From: an uncultured Pseudomonadales bacterium
GTDB taxonomy: Bacteria > Patescibacteriota > Microgenomatia > UBA1400 > UBA12028
NCBI GenBank assembly: GCA_964509365.1
Contig: CAZDWN010000002.1
Location: 3,701-67,700, forward strand
Reading direction: 5' to 3'
Length of the DNA stretch: 64,000 bases
The position numbers and the translations under genes are program-made. The notes beneath the pieces were generated by a model. The model had not been told where the DNA came from. It saw nothing but the letters and a program-made list of their open reading frames with translations, and did no database searches. Position 1 is the first letter of the stretch; the number at the start of each line of letters is the position of its first letter. Shown here one piece after another: positions 17,873 through 26,855 of this stretch.

Positions 17873-18406
17873 TTAGTTTTCCATGAGTGCCAAGATTTTC
17901 TTGACCGTGGTGATATTTCGCATTGTCAGTTGCTTGTAAATCGGTTTGGAAATAAGTTTCTTAAACCCACTCTTCATCAAGCCCGCATTTTTGGTAGACA
18001 TGTAGAGCACATGCTCACCCATCTTCAAGAAATCGATATCTTTGGTCAGTTGCGTCTCCTCCCCCACTTGTTTGGGAGTGGCCGGTGGCCTCACAAATGC
18101 GACGTACACCCGATACTCTTTTTTTGGATCATCTTGATATGGACAGTCAGCGACGATTTTTTTGAGTCTCGCGTGAGGACAAAGCACGAGAGTGCCTTCG
18201 TACGAAAATCGTTTGGAGATGGCCGCTTCCAGTTTTTTCGCTAACGCAGTCTCGCTTTCTTGTGACGAAAAGATCACATTGCCACTATTGATGACCGTGA
18301 GCACATCTCTGCAACCGTGAGCCTCAAAGGTTTTTTTGAGCTCAGCCATGTTGACTTGCGTCTTGGTCCCGACATTGATCCCTCGTAAAAACGCAATGTA
18401 GTTCAT
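17873..18406 (-). CDS. DUF1697-family protein
   Basis: 'MNYIAFLRGINVG' N-terminal signature of DUF1697. Start placed at that Met. Confidence 0.65.
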   Translation of the reverse strand: MNYIAFLRGINVGTKTQVNMAELKKTFEAHGCRDVLTVINSGNVIFSSQESETALAKKLEAAISKRFSYEGTLVLCPHARLKKIVADCPYQDDPKKEYRVYVAFVRPPATPKQVGEETQLTKDIDFLKMGEHVLYMSTKNAGLMKSGFKKLISKPIYKQLTMRNITTVKKILALMEN

Positions 18407-18470
18407 CCATCTAGTATAACTCACTGGTTTTGCGTTTGAATGATCGAGTGATCCTTCGTATACTTGGCCA

Positions 18471-20438
18471 ATGGAAAAGACAGCCGACCGACGCATCTAC
18501 GCGCTGGATGGGATCCGTGGGATCGCCATTGTCATCGTCGTGCTCACACACGTGACCTCAAGCTTTATCCAAGCCATTCTGCCTCCATTTCTTGCTCGTG
18601 TCTTTTTCTCCAGTGGTGTCACCGGTGTCTCTCTGCTCTTTATCTTGTCAGGATTTTTCATGGCGCTCATGTATCCAGATCCGAAAGATCGAGCCGCTTT
18701 TATCCACAAGCGCTACACTCGCATCTTCCCGGTGTTTTTGATGATGTGCTTGCTCACGGTCATTGTGAGGATCATCGATCCTCACTGGTATACCGAGATC
18801 GCTCTCTATGTTGCTTTAGCCCTTTCATTTTATGTCGTATGGGTGCACATCGCTCAGCGCTATGCGAGTGCGCAAGTGAAACGCTGGGTGTTTTATGGAT
18901 TTGTCGCATTTCAGTTTCTCGTCGGCGGATTTTATTATTTCTATGTCATGCGCCAACCATCCAATGTCTTTGGCCAAGAGTGGTCCTTGCTCGCACGTGA
19001 ATCGATGACGGGGCTCGTGAATGGGACGCTGACACTGCCGCTTGGCAACTATATCCCCATGATTGATGGAGTGTATTGGAGTCTTGCTGCGGAAGTACTT
19101 TTTTATATTCTCTACGCGATTATTTGTGTCCCGCTGATCAAAAGTCTCATCCCGATCAAACGAGCCTACAAACTCTTTTTGTTGTTGATTTTGATTCCTT
19201 TTTTTGGGGGACTCCATATCCTCGCCACTCGCCTCTTGGGTTTGAGTCTCTTGCGACCGGAGTTTGGATATTACTTTGTGACGGGAATTGTCCTCGGATA
19301 TTTGTATCGGACGAAGAAATCCAGCTTCGAAACTATTCATCGATTCTTTCCAAGTATTCTTGGCCTCTTGCCACTCGCATTTTTCTTTGCGTGTGTCATG
19401 GTCAAAGATCAATCATTTCAATATGTCCCTCGCACGTTTGATCCATGGCTCCATATCTTGTGGGCGATCCCGATGACGCTAGCGATTGCACTGACATTGG
19501 ATCCCAAGATGTTGGTTTCCAAAGTCTTCCGTTGGCGCGGATGTGTCTATTTGGGCACGATCAGCTACTCCATGTATTTAAGTCACTCACTGACGCTGCA
19601 TTTACTCGAGCGAAATATGCCGATCACCAACGCCTCGCAGGATCTGGTGTATGTATTGCTCACACTCATCCTCACGATCGTCGGCTCGACGTTTTTGTAT
19701 ACGTTTTTGGAAAAGCCATATTTCAATCGGTCAGTACTCTCCCCAACGCAAACCGCTCCGACGCTGTTCCCATGGTTTCGGCGTCCCACGACCGTCGCGC
19801 TCATTTGCGGACTGCTCCTTTATGCGGGCATTTTGATCGCGTATCAATCAAATTTCAATTTCTTTTCGATGACGGTCCCAGTCACACATTTGACTATGGA
19901 GTCTCCGACTGTCCTCAAAGAAGGCAAAGCTGATATGTCTGCAAATCCGACGGTGAAGTTCTCATTTGTTTCACCTCACGATGACTTTGGAGTATTGACG
20001 CTCAAACTCGTGCACGTGTCGAAGCATGGCGAAGCGTTGAAAAAACAGCGACTCAATTTCTCCATCAAAGAAGACGGGCAATCTGATTGGTATGCTACCA
20101 ATTCCTACGCGCTTGAAGAGATCGGAGCGACCGATGGTGATCCGTACGGGTTCCCTGTGATCCGTGACGCGACGGGGAAAACATACGATGTAGAGTTCTC
20201 GCTGGAAGCGATCGACTCTCCCGATTCCGCAGTGCTGGATTTGTCATCGGTGAGTGGCGTGTACACGGTCAGTAAGAAAGATATCCTGACGCACCCGCTG
20301 ACACTGGTTCGCTATACGCTTGCGAGAGTCGAAGATGTCTTTGTGTTTGCCGATGCCAAGCGCATCCTCGTGTATGTCACCCCGACATTCTTGTTTTTTC
20401 TTGCTGTCTATCTTCACAAACGCGATCCAAATCGCTAG
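18471..20438 (+). CDS. Acyltransferase-3 family membrane O-acyltransferase with ~200-aa C-terminal extracytoplasmic domain
   Basis: 'RRIYALDGIRGIAIVIVVLTHV' start typical of PF01757 acyltransferases. About 10 TM, then a soluble non-SGNH domain. Confidence 0.8.
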   Translation: MEKTADRRIYALDGIRGIAIVIVVLTHVTSSFIQAILPPFLARVFFSSGVTGVSLLFILSGFFMALMYPDPKDRAAFIHKRYTRIFPVFLMMCLLTVIVRIIDPHWYTEIALYVALALSFYVVWVHIAQRYASAQVKRWVFYGFVAFQFLVGGFYYFYVMRQPSNVFGQEWSLLARESMTGLVNGTLTLPLGNYIPMIDGVYWSLAAEVLFYILYAIICVPLIKSLIPIKRAYKLFLLLILIPFFGGLHILATRLLGLSLLRPEFGYYFVTGIVLGYLYRTKKSSFETIHRFFPSILGLLPLAFFFACVMVKDQSFQYVPRTFDPWLHILWAIPMTLAIALTLDPKMLVSKVFRWRGCVYLGTISYSMYLSHSLTLHLLERNMPITNASQDLVYVLLTLILTIVGSTFLYTFLEKPYFNRSVLSPTQTAPTLFPWFRRPTTVALICGLLLYAGILIAYQSNFNFFSMTVPVTHLTMESPTVLKEGKADMSANPTVKFSFVSPHDDFGVLTLKLVHVSKHGEALKKQRLNFSIKEDGQSDWYATNSYALEEIGATDGDPYGFPVIRDATGKTYDVEFSLEAIDSPDSAVLDLSSVSGVYTVSKKDILTHPLTLVRYTLARVEDVFVFADAKRILVYVTPTFLFFLAVYLHKRDPNR

Positions 20439-20509
20439 CTATTTGCATGGAAGCTCAACTATTGATATGGTATCATTTGCGGTAGGTATCTTGAGTGAAG
20501 GAGAACGTT

Positions 20510-20914
20510 ATGATGAAAGGTTTTCGTGATTTTCTATTTCGGGGCAATGTCGTTGACCTCGCCGTCGCTGTCGTCATCGGTGGTGCATTCAGTGGAGTCG
20601 TGACGGCTCTGGTGAAAGATGTCGTCACTCCGATCATAGGTGCGATCGGTGGTCAGCCAGATTTCTCAGGCATTTTCTTTACAGTGAACAAAAGTAAGTT
20701 CATGGTCGGTGATTTCATGAATGCGATCGTCTCATTTGTGATCGTCGCGGCCGTGATTTATTTCTTCGTCGTCATTCCGATGAATCAATTGATGGCTCGC
20801 ATGAAGCGTGGAGAAAAAGTCGATCCAAGTGACAAAGTGTGTCCAGAATGCTTGAGCTTGATCCCAATCAAAGCCAAGCGCTGCAAATTCTGCACTGCAG
20901 TCCTCGCAAAATAA
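20510..20914 (+). CDS. mscL: Large-conductance mechanosensitive channel MscL with C-terminal CxxC...CxxC zinc-ribbon tail
   Basis: 'MMKGFRDFLFRGNVVDLAVAVVIGGAF' canonical MscL N-terminus. AAGGAG RBS 6 nt upstream of ATG 20510. Tail 'CPECLSLIPIKAKRCKFCTAV'. Confidence 0.85.
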   Translation: MMKGFRDFLFRGNVVDLAVAVVIGGAFSGVVTALVKDVVTPIIGAIGGQPDFSGIFFTVNKSKFMVGDFMNAIVSFVIVAAVIYFFVVIPMNQLMARMKRGEKVDPSDKVCPECLSLIPIKAKRCKFCTAVLAK

Positions 20915-20975
20915 GCTTGGAGTCAACGACTTCTTATTGATTCTTCGTTTCAAAGTGGTGTACGCTTAATCCACT

Positions 20976-22733
20976 ATGGCAAAAAAGAAACAGGTTCTCT
21001 GGGGTCGCGTGTTTGCATTTGTGGGTATCCTCCTCATGGTGTTCGTCGTCTTTATGATGAGCACAAACATGGTGCCGAGTACCACATTGATCAGATCGAT
21101 GTTGGCTCCAAAAGCTGCTGCTGGACAAAAGCAAGTCAAAGTCGTCTCTCTCGAATATTATCCTCGCTACACTGACGCGACCTCTCTCGCCGATCAAAAG
21201 ACAGCAGTAGGGTCTCTCATCAACAATACGTTGGCGGCACTGAGTACGGCCTCTATTCCAAAGGGATACAAGACAGCAGGCACTCCATATCTGCTGTTAT
21301 CAAATACTGCACGTATCCAGCGCAATGGGAACTCGCCGACCGTGACTGGTTCGCAAGGCACAGTCTTGCTTTCGATGAATGCGATGCTCAATTCGACGAG
21401 TGGCGTCCCTGGTGGAATCAGCTTATGTGATTACATCATCAACAACAAAATTGACGCAGTCTGGTTCTGGAAAGATGTCGGCAACGACAACGGAGGCTTC
21501 ACGCAAGAATACTTCAACGTGTGGTCAAATGCGCTGTGGCCGGGCCAGAATCCGTCATTCCTCTCCTGCGGTGGCAAGACCACGTTCATTTTCTACGGCC
21601 TTGATACGACACGTACCGAAGCCCAAGCCCTCCACAGCATGGGACATGCATTCGAAAATCGCATGTATGACTTGCAGGGAACAGATCTCTTCTGGACCAA
21701 GTGGGCTGGAGGGACTGACTGGATCTCACCATCGAAAATCTGTGGAAATATCCACTTCCCTCCAAATGGAAATATGGGTGCAGGAATGGGATATGACTAT
21801 GGAAACACGACCAACGTAACTACTGCCTGTCCAAACTGGAAGCCAGATGGGACGGGGACGAAAGTGACATTTAACTGTACGCTTTGGGGATGCTCTGAGG
21901 GCGGCTATATCAAGTGGTGGTTCCAGAATATTCCTGGTGCAGCAAATGGATTGACGTACTCGGGAAAACCAATACCAAACTGGTGGGACCTCTTCTTTGA
22001 TACTGAGAATGGAGTCTCCAATGCAAACAAAGCGGGACAATGGATTGCGCCGCAGTTTGCGACCTTTAAGATCGTGACGTCACCAACGCCGACACCGACC
22101 GTGACCCCTACTCCAACTCCGACACCGACGCCAAGTCCGACTCCAAATACAACAATTTCACTGCGACCAGTGGTCGATATCAAAATCAACAATGTCGATC
22201 GCTATGCATCAAATGTCATCGGGAAAGGTGGAGTAACGCTGACATGGACGACGAGCGGAGCGACGAGTTGCGTCGGACTTCGAGGGTGGAGTGGTACCAA
22301 AGCGTTGAACGGCTCGTTTGTAGTGACGCCAGTACCGACCGTAAATACATCCTATGTACTCCAATGCAAGACTGCGACAGGTGTGACGTGGTATGACGTA
22401 GCGACACTAGAGTATCCGCTCGTCAATGGGATTCAAATCCAGCGAGAAGGTAAATTGTTCGTCAATGGCTTTGATGATGCTCTGCAGCCTGCTGGGAGCG
22501 GAGTGGTTGGCGCTGGAGTCCAGCAAAAAGGATACATCAAGAGTGGCACCGCACCAAAATTGACGTGGTATCTCTGGAATGAGACGACGTGTGTCCCATC
22601 ATGGACTGCCGTCTTGCCAGCACAGCCAGTCACGATGCCTGCGATCACTGCAGCAAAGAATTACTCGTTGACCTGCCACTTTAAGACTGGTGACGCTGCG
22701 AATATCTATGCGGCGACCGCGAATGTGTACTAA
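20976..22733 (+). CDS. Secreted protein with N-terminal TM/signal anchor, Pro-Thr linker and C-terminal beta-rich domains
   Basis: 585 aa. Hydrophobic N-terminus. '[26 protein letters not shown]' linker. No catalytic motif recognised. Confidence 0.6.
   Translation: MAKKKQVLWGRVFAFVGILLMVFVVFMMSTNMVPSTTLIRSMLAPKAAAGQKQVKVVSLEYYPRYTDATSLADQKTAVGSLINNTLAALSTASIPKGYKTAGTPYLLLSNTARIQRNGNSPTVTGSQGTVLLSMNAMLNSTSGVPGGISLCDYIINNKIDAVWFWKDVGNDNGGFTQEYFNVWSNALWPGQNPSFLSCGGKTTFIFYGLDTTRTEAQALHSMGHAFENRMYDLQGTDLFWTKWAGGTDWISPSKICGNIHFPPNGNMGAGMGYDYGNTTNVTTACPNWKPDGTGTKVTFNCTLWGCSEGGYIKWWFQNIPGAANGLTYSGKPIPNWWDLFFDTENGVSNANKAGQWIAPQFATFKIVTSPTPTPTVTPTPTPTPTPSPTPNTTISLRPVVDIKINNVDRYASNVIGKGGVTLTWTTSGATSCVGLRGWSGTKALNGSFVVTPVPTVNTSYVLQCKTATGVTWYDVATLEYPLVNGIQIQREGKLFVNGFDDALQPAGSGVVGAGVQQKGYIKSGTAPKLTWYLWNETTCVPSWTAVLPAQPVTMPAITAAKNYSLTCHFKTGDAANIYAATANVY
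22078..22150 (+). repeat. Pro-Thr codon low-complexity repeat (ACNCCN tract)
   Basis: DNA-level near-periodic 6-nt repeats encoding the PT linker. Confidence 0.7.
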
Positions 22734-22754
22734 AGTGTGATCAAAGTAGCTTGT

Positions 22755-22818
22755 GAGCGAACCGTGTTTCACTGTACTACTAGAAGAGTATGGGAAAAAT
22801 GCGGTTCGCTTTTTTATT
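22755..22818 (+). terminator. Candidate rho-independent terminator downstream of 20976..22733
   Basis: Inverted repeat GAGCGAACCG ... CGGTTCGCT (long loop) followed by TTTTTTATTT. Confidence 0.4.
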
Positions 22819-22882
22819 TGTCAGCACGTTTGATACTGTCAGACCAAAATGAGTGTATAGTAGGAGCACAGGAGGTCACCGT

Positions 22883-23266
22883 ATGAAACCATTTGTCGCC
22901 AACATCGAGAAAAAGACGCGAGCCAATGAAAACTTCCGCGAAGTCTTACATACCGAGCAGCATTCGCAAGTCGTGGTGATGAGTTTGCTTCCCAAAGAAG
23001 ACATCGGGATGGAAGTGCACGAGATCGTGGATCAGTTTATTCGCATTGAAGTGGGTACTGGGAAAGCAATCATTGATGGTGTGGAGCATGCGATCTCTGA
23101 TGGATTCGCCGTCCTCGTTCCAGCCGGAGCCAAACATAATATCATCAATACTTCTGCAGATGAAAAAATGAAAATCTACACGGTCTATTGCCCTGCACAT
23201 CACAAAGATGGGACGGTACATAAGACCAAAGAAGACGCCAACAAAGACAAAGAAGATCACATCTAG
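22883..23266 (+). CDS. Cupin-domain protein
   Basis: Small beta-barrel protein with His/Glu-containing 'GMEVHEIVDQFIRIEVG' and 'GAKHNIIN' motifs typical of cupin_2. Confidence 0.6.
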   Translation: MKPFVANIEKKTRANENFREVLHTEQHSQVVVMSLLPKEDIGMEVHEIVDQFIRIEVGTGKAIIDGVEHAISDGFAVLVPAGAKHNIINTSADEKMKIYTVYCPAHHKDGTVHKTKEDANKDKEDHI

Positions 23267-23267
23267 T

Positions 23268-23738
23268 TCATTCACTTAGGAGTCGATGGCGCTTTTCGCG
23301 CTGCTTGTCCACGTATTGATTGGTGAAGAGGACGAAATATTTGGCGATCACGTTGCATTCTTGCTCTTGGTTGACGATATCTTTGAGCGTATCTTTGCTC
23401 ACCCAAGTATAGCTATCATGTTCGTCACTGAGCTTCACCTCCCCTGAGATGTAGGTGCAGGCATAGTACACATTGAATATCTTGCGTCCAGCGTTTTTGT
23501 TTTTTGAAGTGATCGGCAACTCAAAATATCCAGTCGCAAACGGATTCCCGACGGCTATCTCCAATCCCGTTTCTTCGCGCACTTCTCGCTTGAGTTCCTC
23601 GGTGAAATCAAGCTCACCTGCTTTGATCTTGCCACCCGGCAGATCACTTCCAAACTCAGGATCATGCATCACGAGAATTTTCCCGTCTTTGATGATCACT
23701 GCCTTTTGGCTCACGTAAAATTGCGCATCCTCTGACAT
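23268..23738 (-). CDS. Nudix hydrolase
   Basis: Nudix box 'GGKIKAGELDFTEELKREVREETGL' (GX5EX7REUXEEXGU). Confidence 0.85.
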   Translation of the reverse strand: MSEDAQFYVSQKAVIIKDGKILVMHDPEFGSDLPGGKIKAGELDFTEELKREVREETGLEIAVGNPFATGYFELPITSKNKNAGRKIFNVYYACTYISGEVKLSDEHDSYTWVSKDTLKDIVNQEQECNVIAKYFVLFTNQYVDKQREKRHRLLSE

Positions 23739-23776
23739 AGTGTGCCTAGTATATCAGGTGATAAAATGGATCGACT

Positions 23777-24352
23777 ATGGCGACACCCGAGCTTGAGATA
23801 CTCGCATTTACGGATTCCAAAAGTTATGAGAAGTGGATGGAGTCGCACTTTGATACGTCACCTGGCATTTGGATGCGACTGTACAATAAAGCGTCAACGC
23901 AAAAGACGATCTCCCATGCAGAAGCACTCGATATCGCGTTGTGTTTTGGCTGGATCGATAGTGCGGTGCAGAAATATCACGACCATTCTCATTTGCTCAA
24001 ATTTTCACCTCGTCGACCAAAGGGACTGTGGTCCAAGCGCAATCGAGAGCACATCGAACGATTGATTGCTGCTGGCAGGATGCGACCGAGCGGGCTGGCG
24101 CAAGTCGAATCTGCCAAAGCAGATGGACGCTGGGATGCCGCATATGATGCACCAAGTGAGATGGTGATCCCAGAAACATTCATGAAAGAGCTTGCGAAGA
24201 ATTCCAAAGCGCTTGCATTTTTCAAGACATTAAATAAAGCAAATACCTATGCAATTGGATGGAAGATCCAGACTGCAAAAAAAGAAGAGACGAAAGTGAG
24301 ACGTATCAATCAAATTATCGAGATGCTCTCTCGTGGCGAAAAATTTCACTAG
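23777..24352 (+). CDS. YdeI/OmpD-associated-family (DUF1905-like) protein
   Basis: Family resemblance recalled from 'bacteriocin-protection YdeI' proteins (ALDIALCFGWIDS... region). Moderate certainty. Confidence 0.5.
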   Translation: MATPELEILAFTDSKSYEKWMESHFDTSPGIWMRLYNKASTQKTISHAEALDIALCFGWIDSAVQKYHDHSHLLKFSPRRPKGLWSKRNREHIERLIAAGRMRPSGLAQVESAKADGRWDAAYDAPSEMVIPETFMKELAKNSKALAFFKTLNKANTYAIGWKIQTAKKEETKVRRINQIIEMLSRGEKFH

Positions 24353-24355
24353 ACT

Positions 24356-24799
24356 ATGATCACCATTTGTCCCGGGTGCGGTGTCGCACTGGAATCGACT
24401 ACATGTATTGCACTCATGGATGAAGTGAACGCGTGGACACTAGAGCTCCATGATCCTGAATTTATTCATCAGTTACTCGTCTGCACGTATGGAGCGAGTC
24501 ATTGGAAACCTGGCATGAAGCCCATCACACTGGCATTTGCACTCATCGGTTTGTATTTGGCCTGCGAGCGCGGCTACGACGGCAAGCAAATCCAGTCCAT
24601 GCACACAAAGCTTGCCAATGCTTCAAAGACATGGCCAGTATTTCCTGTGCCAGATACCAAAGCGACGCTCTCCATCAAAGACGTGATCGAAGTAGAACCA
24701 GAAAAACGCGCTGGGATGGTCTACGAGTGGGCACAATCAGTTTGGGGAGTTTGGCGCGATCAGTCAGATGACATCGCTCACCTCTTGGATGTACTATGA
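24356..24799 (+). CDS. Hypothetical protein with N-terminal CPGCG zinc-binding-like motif
   Basis: 147 aa, no recognised family. Confidence 0.5.
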   Translation: MITICPGCGVALESTTCIALMDEVNAWTLELHDPEFIHQLLVCTYGASHWKPGMKPITLAFALIGLYLACERGYDGKQIQSMHTKLANASKTWPVFPVPDTKATLSIKDVIEVEPEKRAGMVYEWAQSVWGVWRDQSDDIAHLLDVL

Positions 24800-25401
24800 A
24801 ACTGATGAAATCAAAAAAGCCACAACTCGCATCTCCGTTTTTCCGTACGCGGCGTGTGCTCATCGTTGCCGTCCTTGGCTTTGTAATCATCGCCGGAGGA
24901 TATCTCGCCTACTGGCGGATGAATCAAGATACCTACTGCTATCGCACTCATGCGACGACGAGCAAACCACCAGAACAACTCAAAGCTGCCTTTGATTGGT
25001 TTGAGCAAGGAAATTATGACTACGACACTGGAAATTGCGCCAAAGCTGTCGCTGACTATGGGATCGCCATTGGGATGTTCCCGCGATTCGCACAAGCTCT
25101 GAATAATCGAGCATATACCTATATGCGCATGCAAAATTATGAGATGGCATTGCCGGATTTGGATGCGGCGATCGAAGTCCGCCCACTGTATTTCAATGCG
25201 ATTCGCAATCGAGCAGATTTGCTGACGTTTTATCTGAAAAATTCTACTCGTTCGGGCGTACCTGATTACGACAAATTGGTAGAGCTTGGCCAGACCAAAG
25301 GCACGAGTGTCTGCGGTCATCGAGCGATTGCGATGCATCACAACATCGTTTTCTTTGCGTTTTGGAATTTCCTTACCAAGCCAAAAGGCTCTGGGTGCTA
25401 A
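24796..25401 (+). CDS. Membrane-anchored TPR-repeat protein
   Basis: N-terminal TM then TPR-like 'AxxxYxxAIxxxP' repeats (NNRAYTYMRMQNYEMALPDLDAAIEV...). Confidence 0.65.
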   Translation: MKLMKSKKPQLASPFFRTRRVLIVAVLGFVIIAGGYLAYWRMNQDTYCYRTHATTSKPPEQLKAAFDWFEQGNYDYDTGNCAKAVADYGIAIGMFPRFAQALNNRAYTYMRMQNYEMALPDLDAAIEVRPLYFNAIRNRADLLTFYLKNSTRSGVPDYDKLVELGQTKGTSVCGHRAIAMHHNIVFFAFWNFLTKPKGSGC

Positions 25402-25442
25402 GGTGCTGGAGCTCATGTTTACCCTATTCTATACTAATACCT

Positions 25443-26129
25443 ATGGCAGACAGTCCCAAAAATAAAGTCGGCGGTTTTATCGCTGCGCACCCATTCTTCA
25501 TTCAAATGCTCGCTGGTGCGAGTGTCGCTGCCTTTTCTTTTGCGTGCGTGTGGTACATCGCTGAAGATATTTTAGAGAAGCAAGTCATTACGTTTGATGT
25601 GAATCTCGTGAATATGATCTATGCGTTGCGCACGCCAAAGTTGACGTCCGTGATGCTTGCGATCACTTCCCTTGGGAGTGCGACCTCTTTCTTCATTTTG
25701 TCTATCTTGGTGTTTTTGTATTTGTATGCAAAAAAGCGGAAAGAAGCGATTTTGTTTACGTTTATTTTCATATCTGCGGCTGGGCTTAATTTTTTATTAA
25801 AAGTGGTATTTGCCAGACCGCGACCGACGCTGATGCCGCTGGTCATCGAGAAATCATTTAGTTTCCCATCAGGTCATTCGATGAACTCCATGGTGTTTTT
25901 TATGATGATGTCGTATTTTGTGTATCGCAATACCAAAGATGTCAAATTGACGGTAGCGATGTCAATCTTGTCGGTGATCATTGTGGGATTGATTGGATTT
26001 AGCCGGATTTATTTAGGAGCTCATTATCCCAGTGATGTCATCGCAGGATACGCGACGGGGGTCCTCTGGTGCACGATCATCATCATGATCGAAAAGTACA
26101 TCCACGCCCATCGAAACCCAGCTTTCTAG
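25443..26129 (+). CDS. PAP2-family phosphatase (undecaprenyl-diphosphatase/phosphatidate phosphatase-like)
   Basis: PAP2 motifs 'KVVFARPRP', 'PSGHS', 'SRIYLGAHYPSDV'. Start at MADSPK. Confidence 0.8.
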   Translation: MADSPKNKVGGFIAAHPFFIQMLAGASVAAFSFACVWYIAEDILEKQVITFDVNLVNMIYALRTPKLTSVMLAITSLGSATSFFILSILVFLYLYAKKRKEAILFTFIFISAAGLNFLLKVVFARPRPTLMPLVIEKSFSFPSGHSMNSMVFFMMMSYFVYRNTKDVKLTVAMSILSVIIVGLIGFSRIYLGAHYPSDVIAGYATGVLWCTIIIMIEKYIHAHRNPAF

Positions 26130-26809
26130 AGTTGTTTGCGCCGAACGTGTACGAACACATTTCCTTGGAAACTGACGTTCAAAAACAAGTAAATTTCCGT
26201 GATCACAGATTTGAGCAAAAGCAAACCAATTTTCGTAGTTCCTGGCTCGACATGTTTCGTTGCCCAGTCCACAAGTAGTTGCATGACAACAAATGGCACA
26301 AAGATTACTAGTGCGTAGGTAAAGACTTGCCATTTCGCGCCGTCCATAAGAATTCGACTCTCAATAAGCGCGTCCAAGTAGTTGCGTTTGCTAGTGAGCA
26401 AAACAAAATCTTTTACTAAAAATGCAAAGTAGAAAATGATACCAGGAATGACCAATAAAATTGATGCAGCGCCAACCAATGTTGCAGCGAGCAGAGTTGT
26501 CAGCACAAATGGCACAACTGCACTCCTCAAAGTTCTCAAGTGTCCTTCCGGAGCGGCTCCAACATTGATCAGTAGCCAGCGGGCGAGAAATAGTTGTGAG
26601 AAGAAAGTCAATACAAAGCTAGCAATGGAGACAAGTACACTAAAAAGTAGCATGCCCTCAGATTCAGGAATTGCCGCAATAGGAAATGCTAATTTGACTA
26701 CATAGAGCACGATTATACTTATCAGAAGCACTTTGTTTTCCGAGATCATCAGCTCACATGAGCGTACGAGATCACCGAAAAATTCCGAGAATGCTGGCAA
26801 CGATTTCAT
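26126..26809 (-). CDS. Hypothetical polytopic membrane protein
   Basis: Six hydrophobic helices. Start trimmed to Met 26809 to avoid overlap with the divergent DUF2207 gene. The longer start at 26905 is possible. Confidence 0.45.
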   Translation of the reverse strand: MKSLPAFSEFFGDLVRSCELMISENKVLLISIIVLYVVKLAFPIAAIPESEGMLLFSVLVSIASFVLTFFSQLFLARWLLINVGAAPEGHLRTLRSAVVPFVLTTLLAATLVGAASILLVIPGIIFYFAFLVKDFVLLTSKRNYLDALIESRILMDGAKWQVFTYALVIFVPFVVMQLLVDWATKHVEPGTTKIGLLLLKSVITEIYLFLNVSFQGNVFVHVRRKQL

Positions 26810-26855
26810 ATGAGTAGTATAACACTCGAGTATATCGTGGTGATACACTAAGACT

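Noticed and set aside
22078-22150. Periodic short repeats considered as a possible CRISPR-like array
   Set aside because: 6-nt codon periodicity inside an ORF encoding a PT linker. No 25-40-nt direct repeats with unique spacers anywhere in the window.
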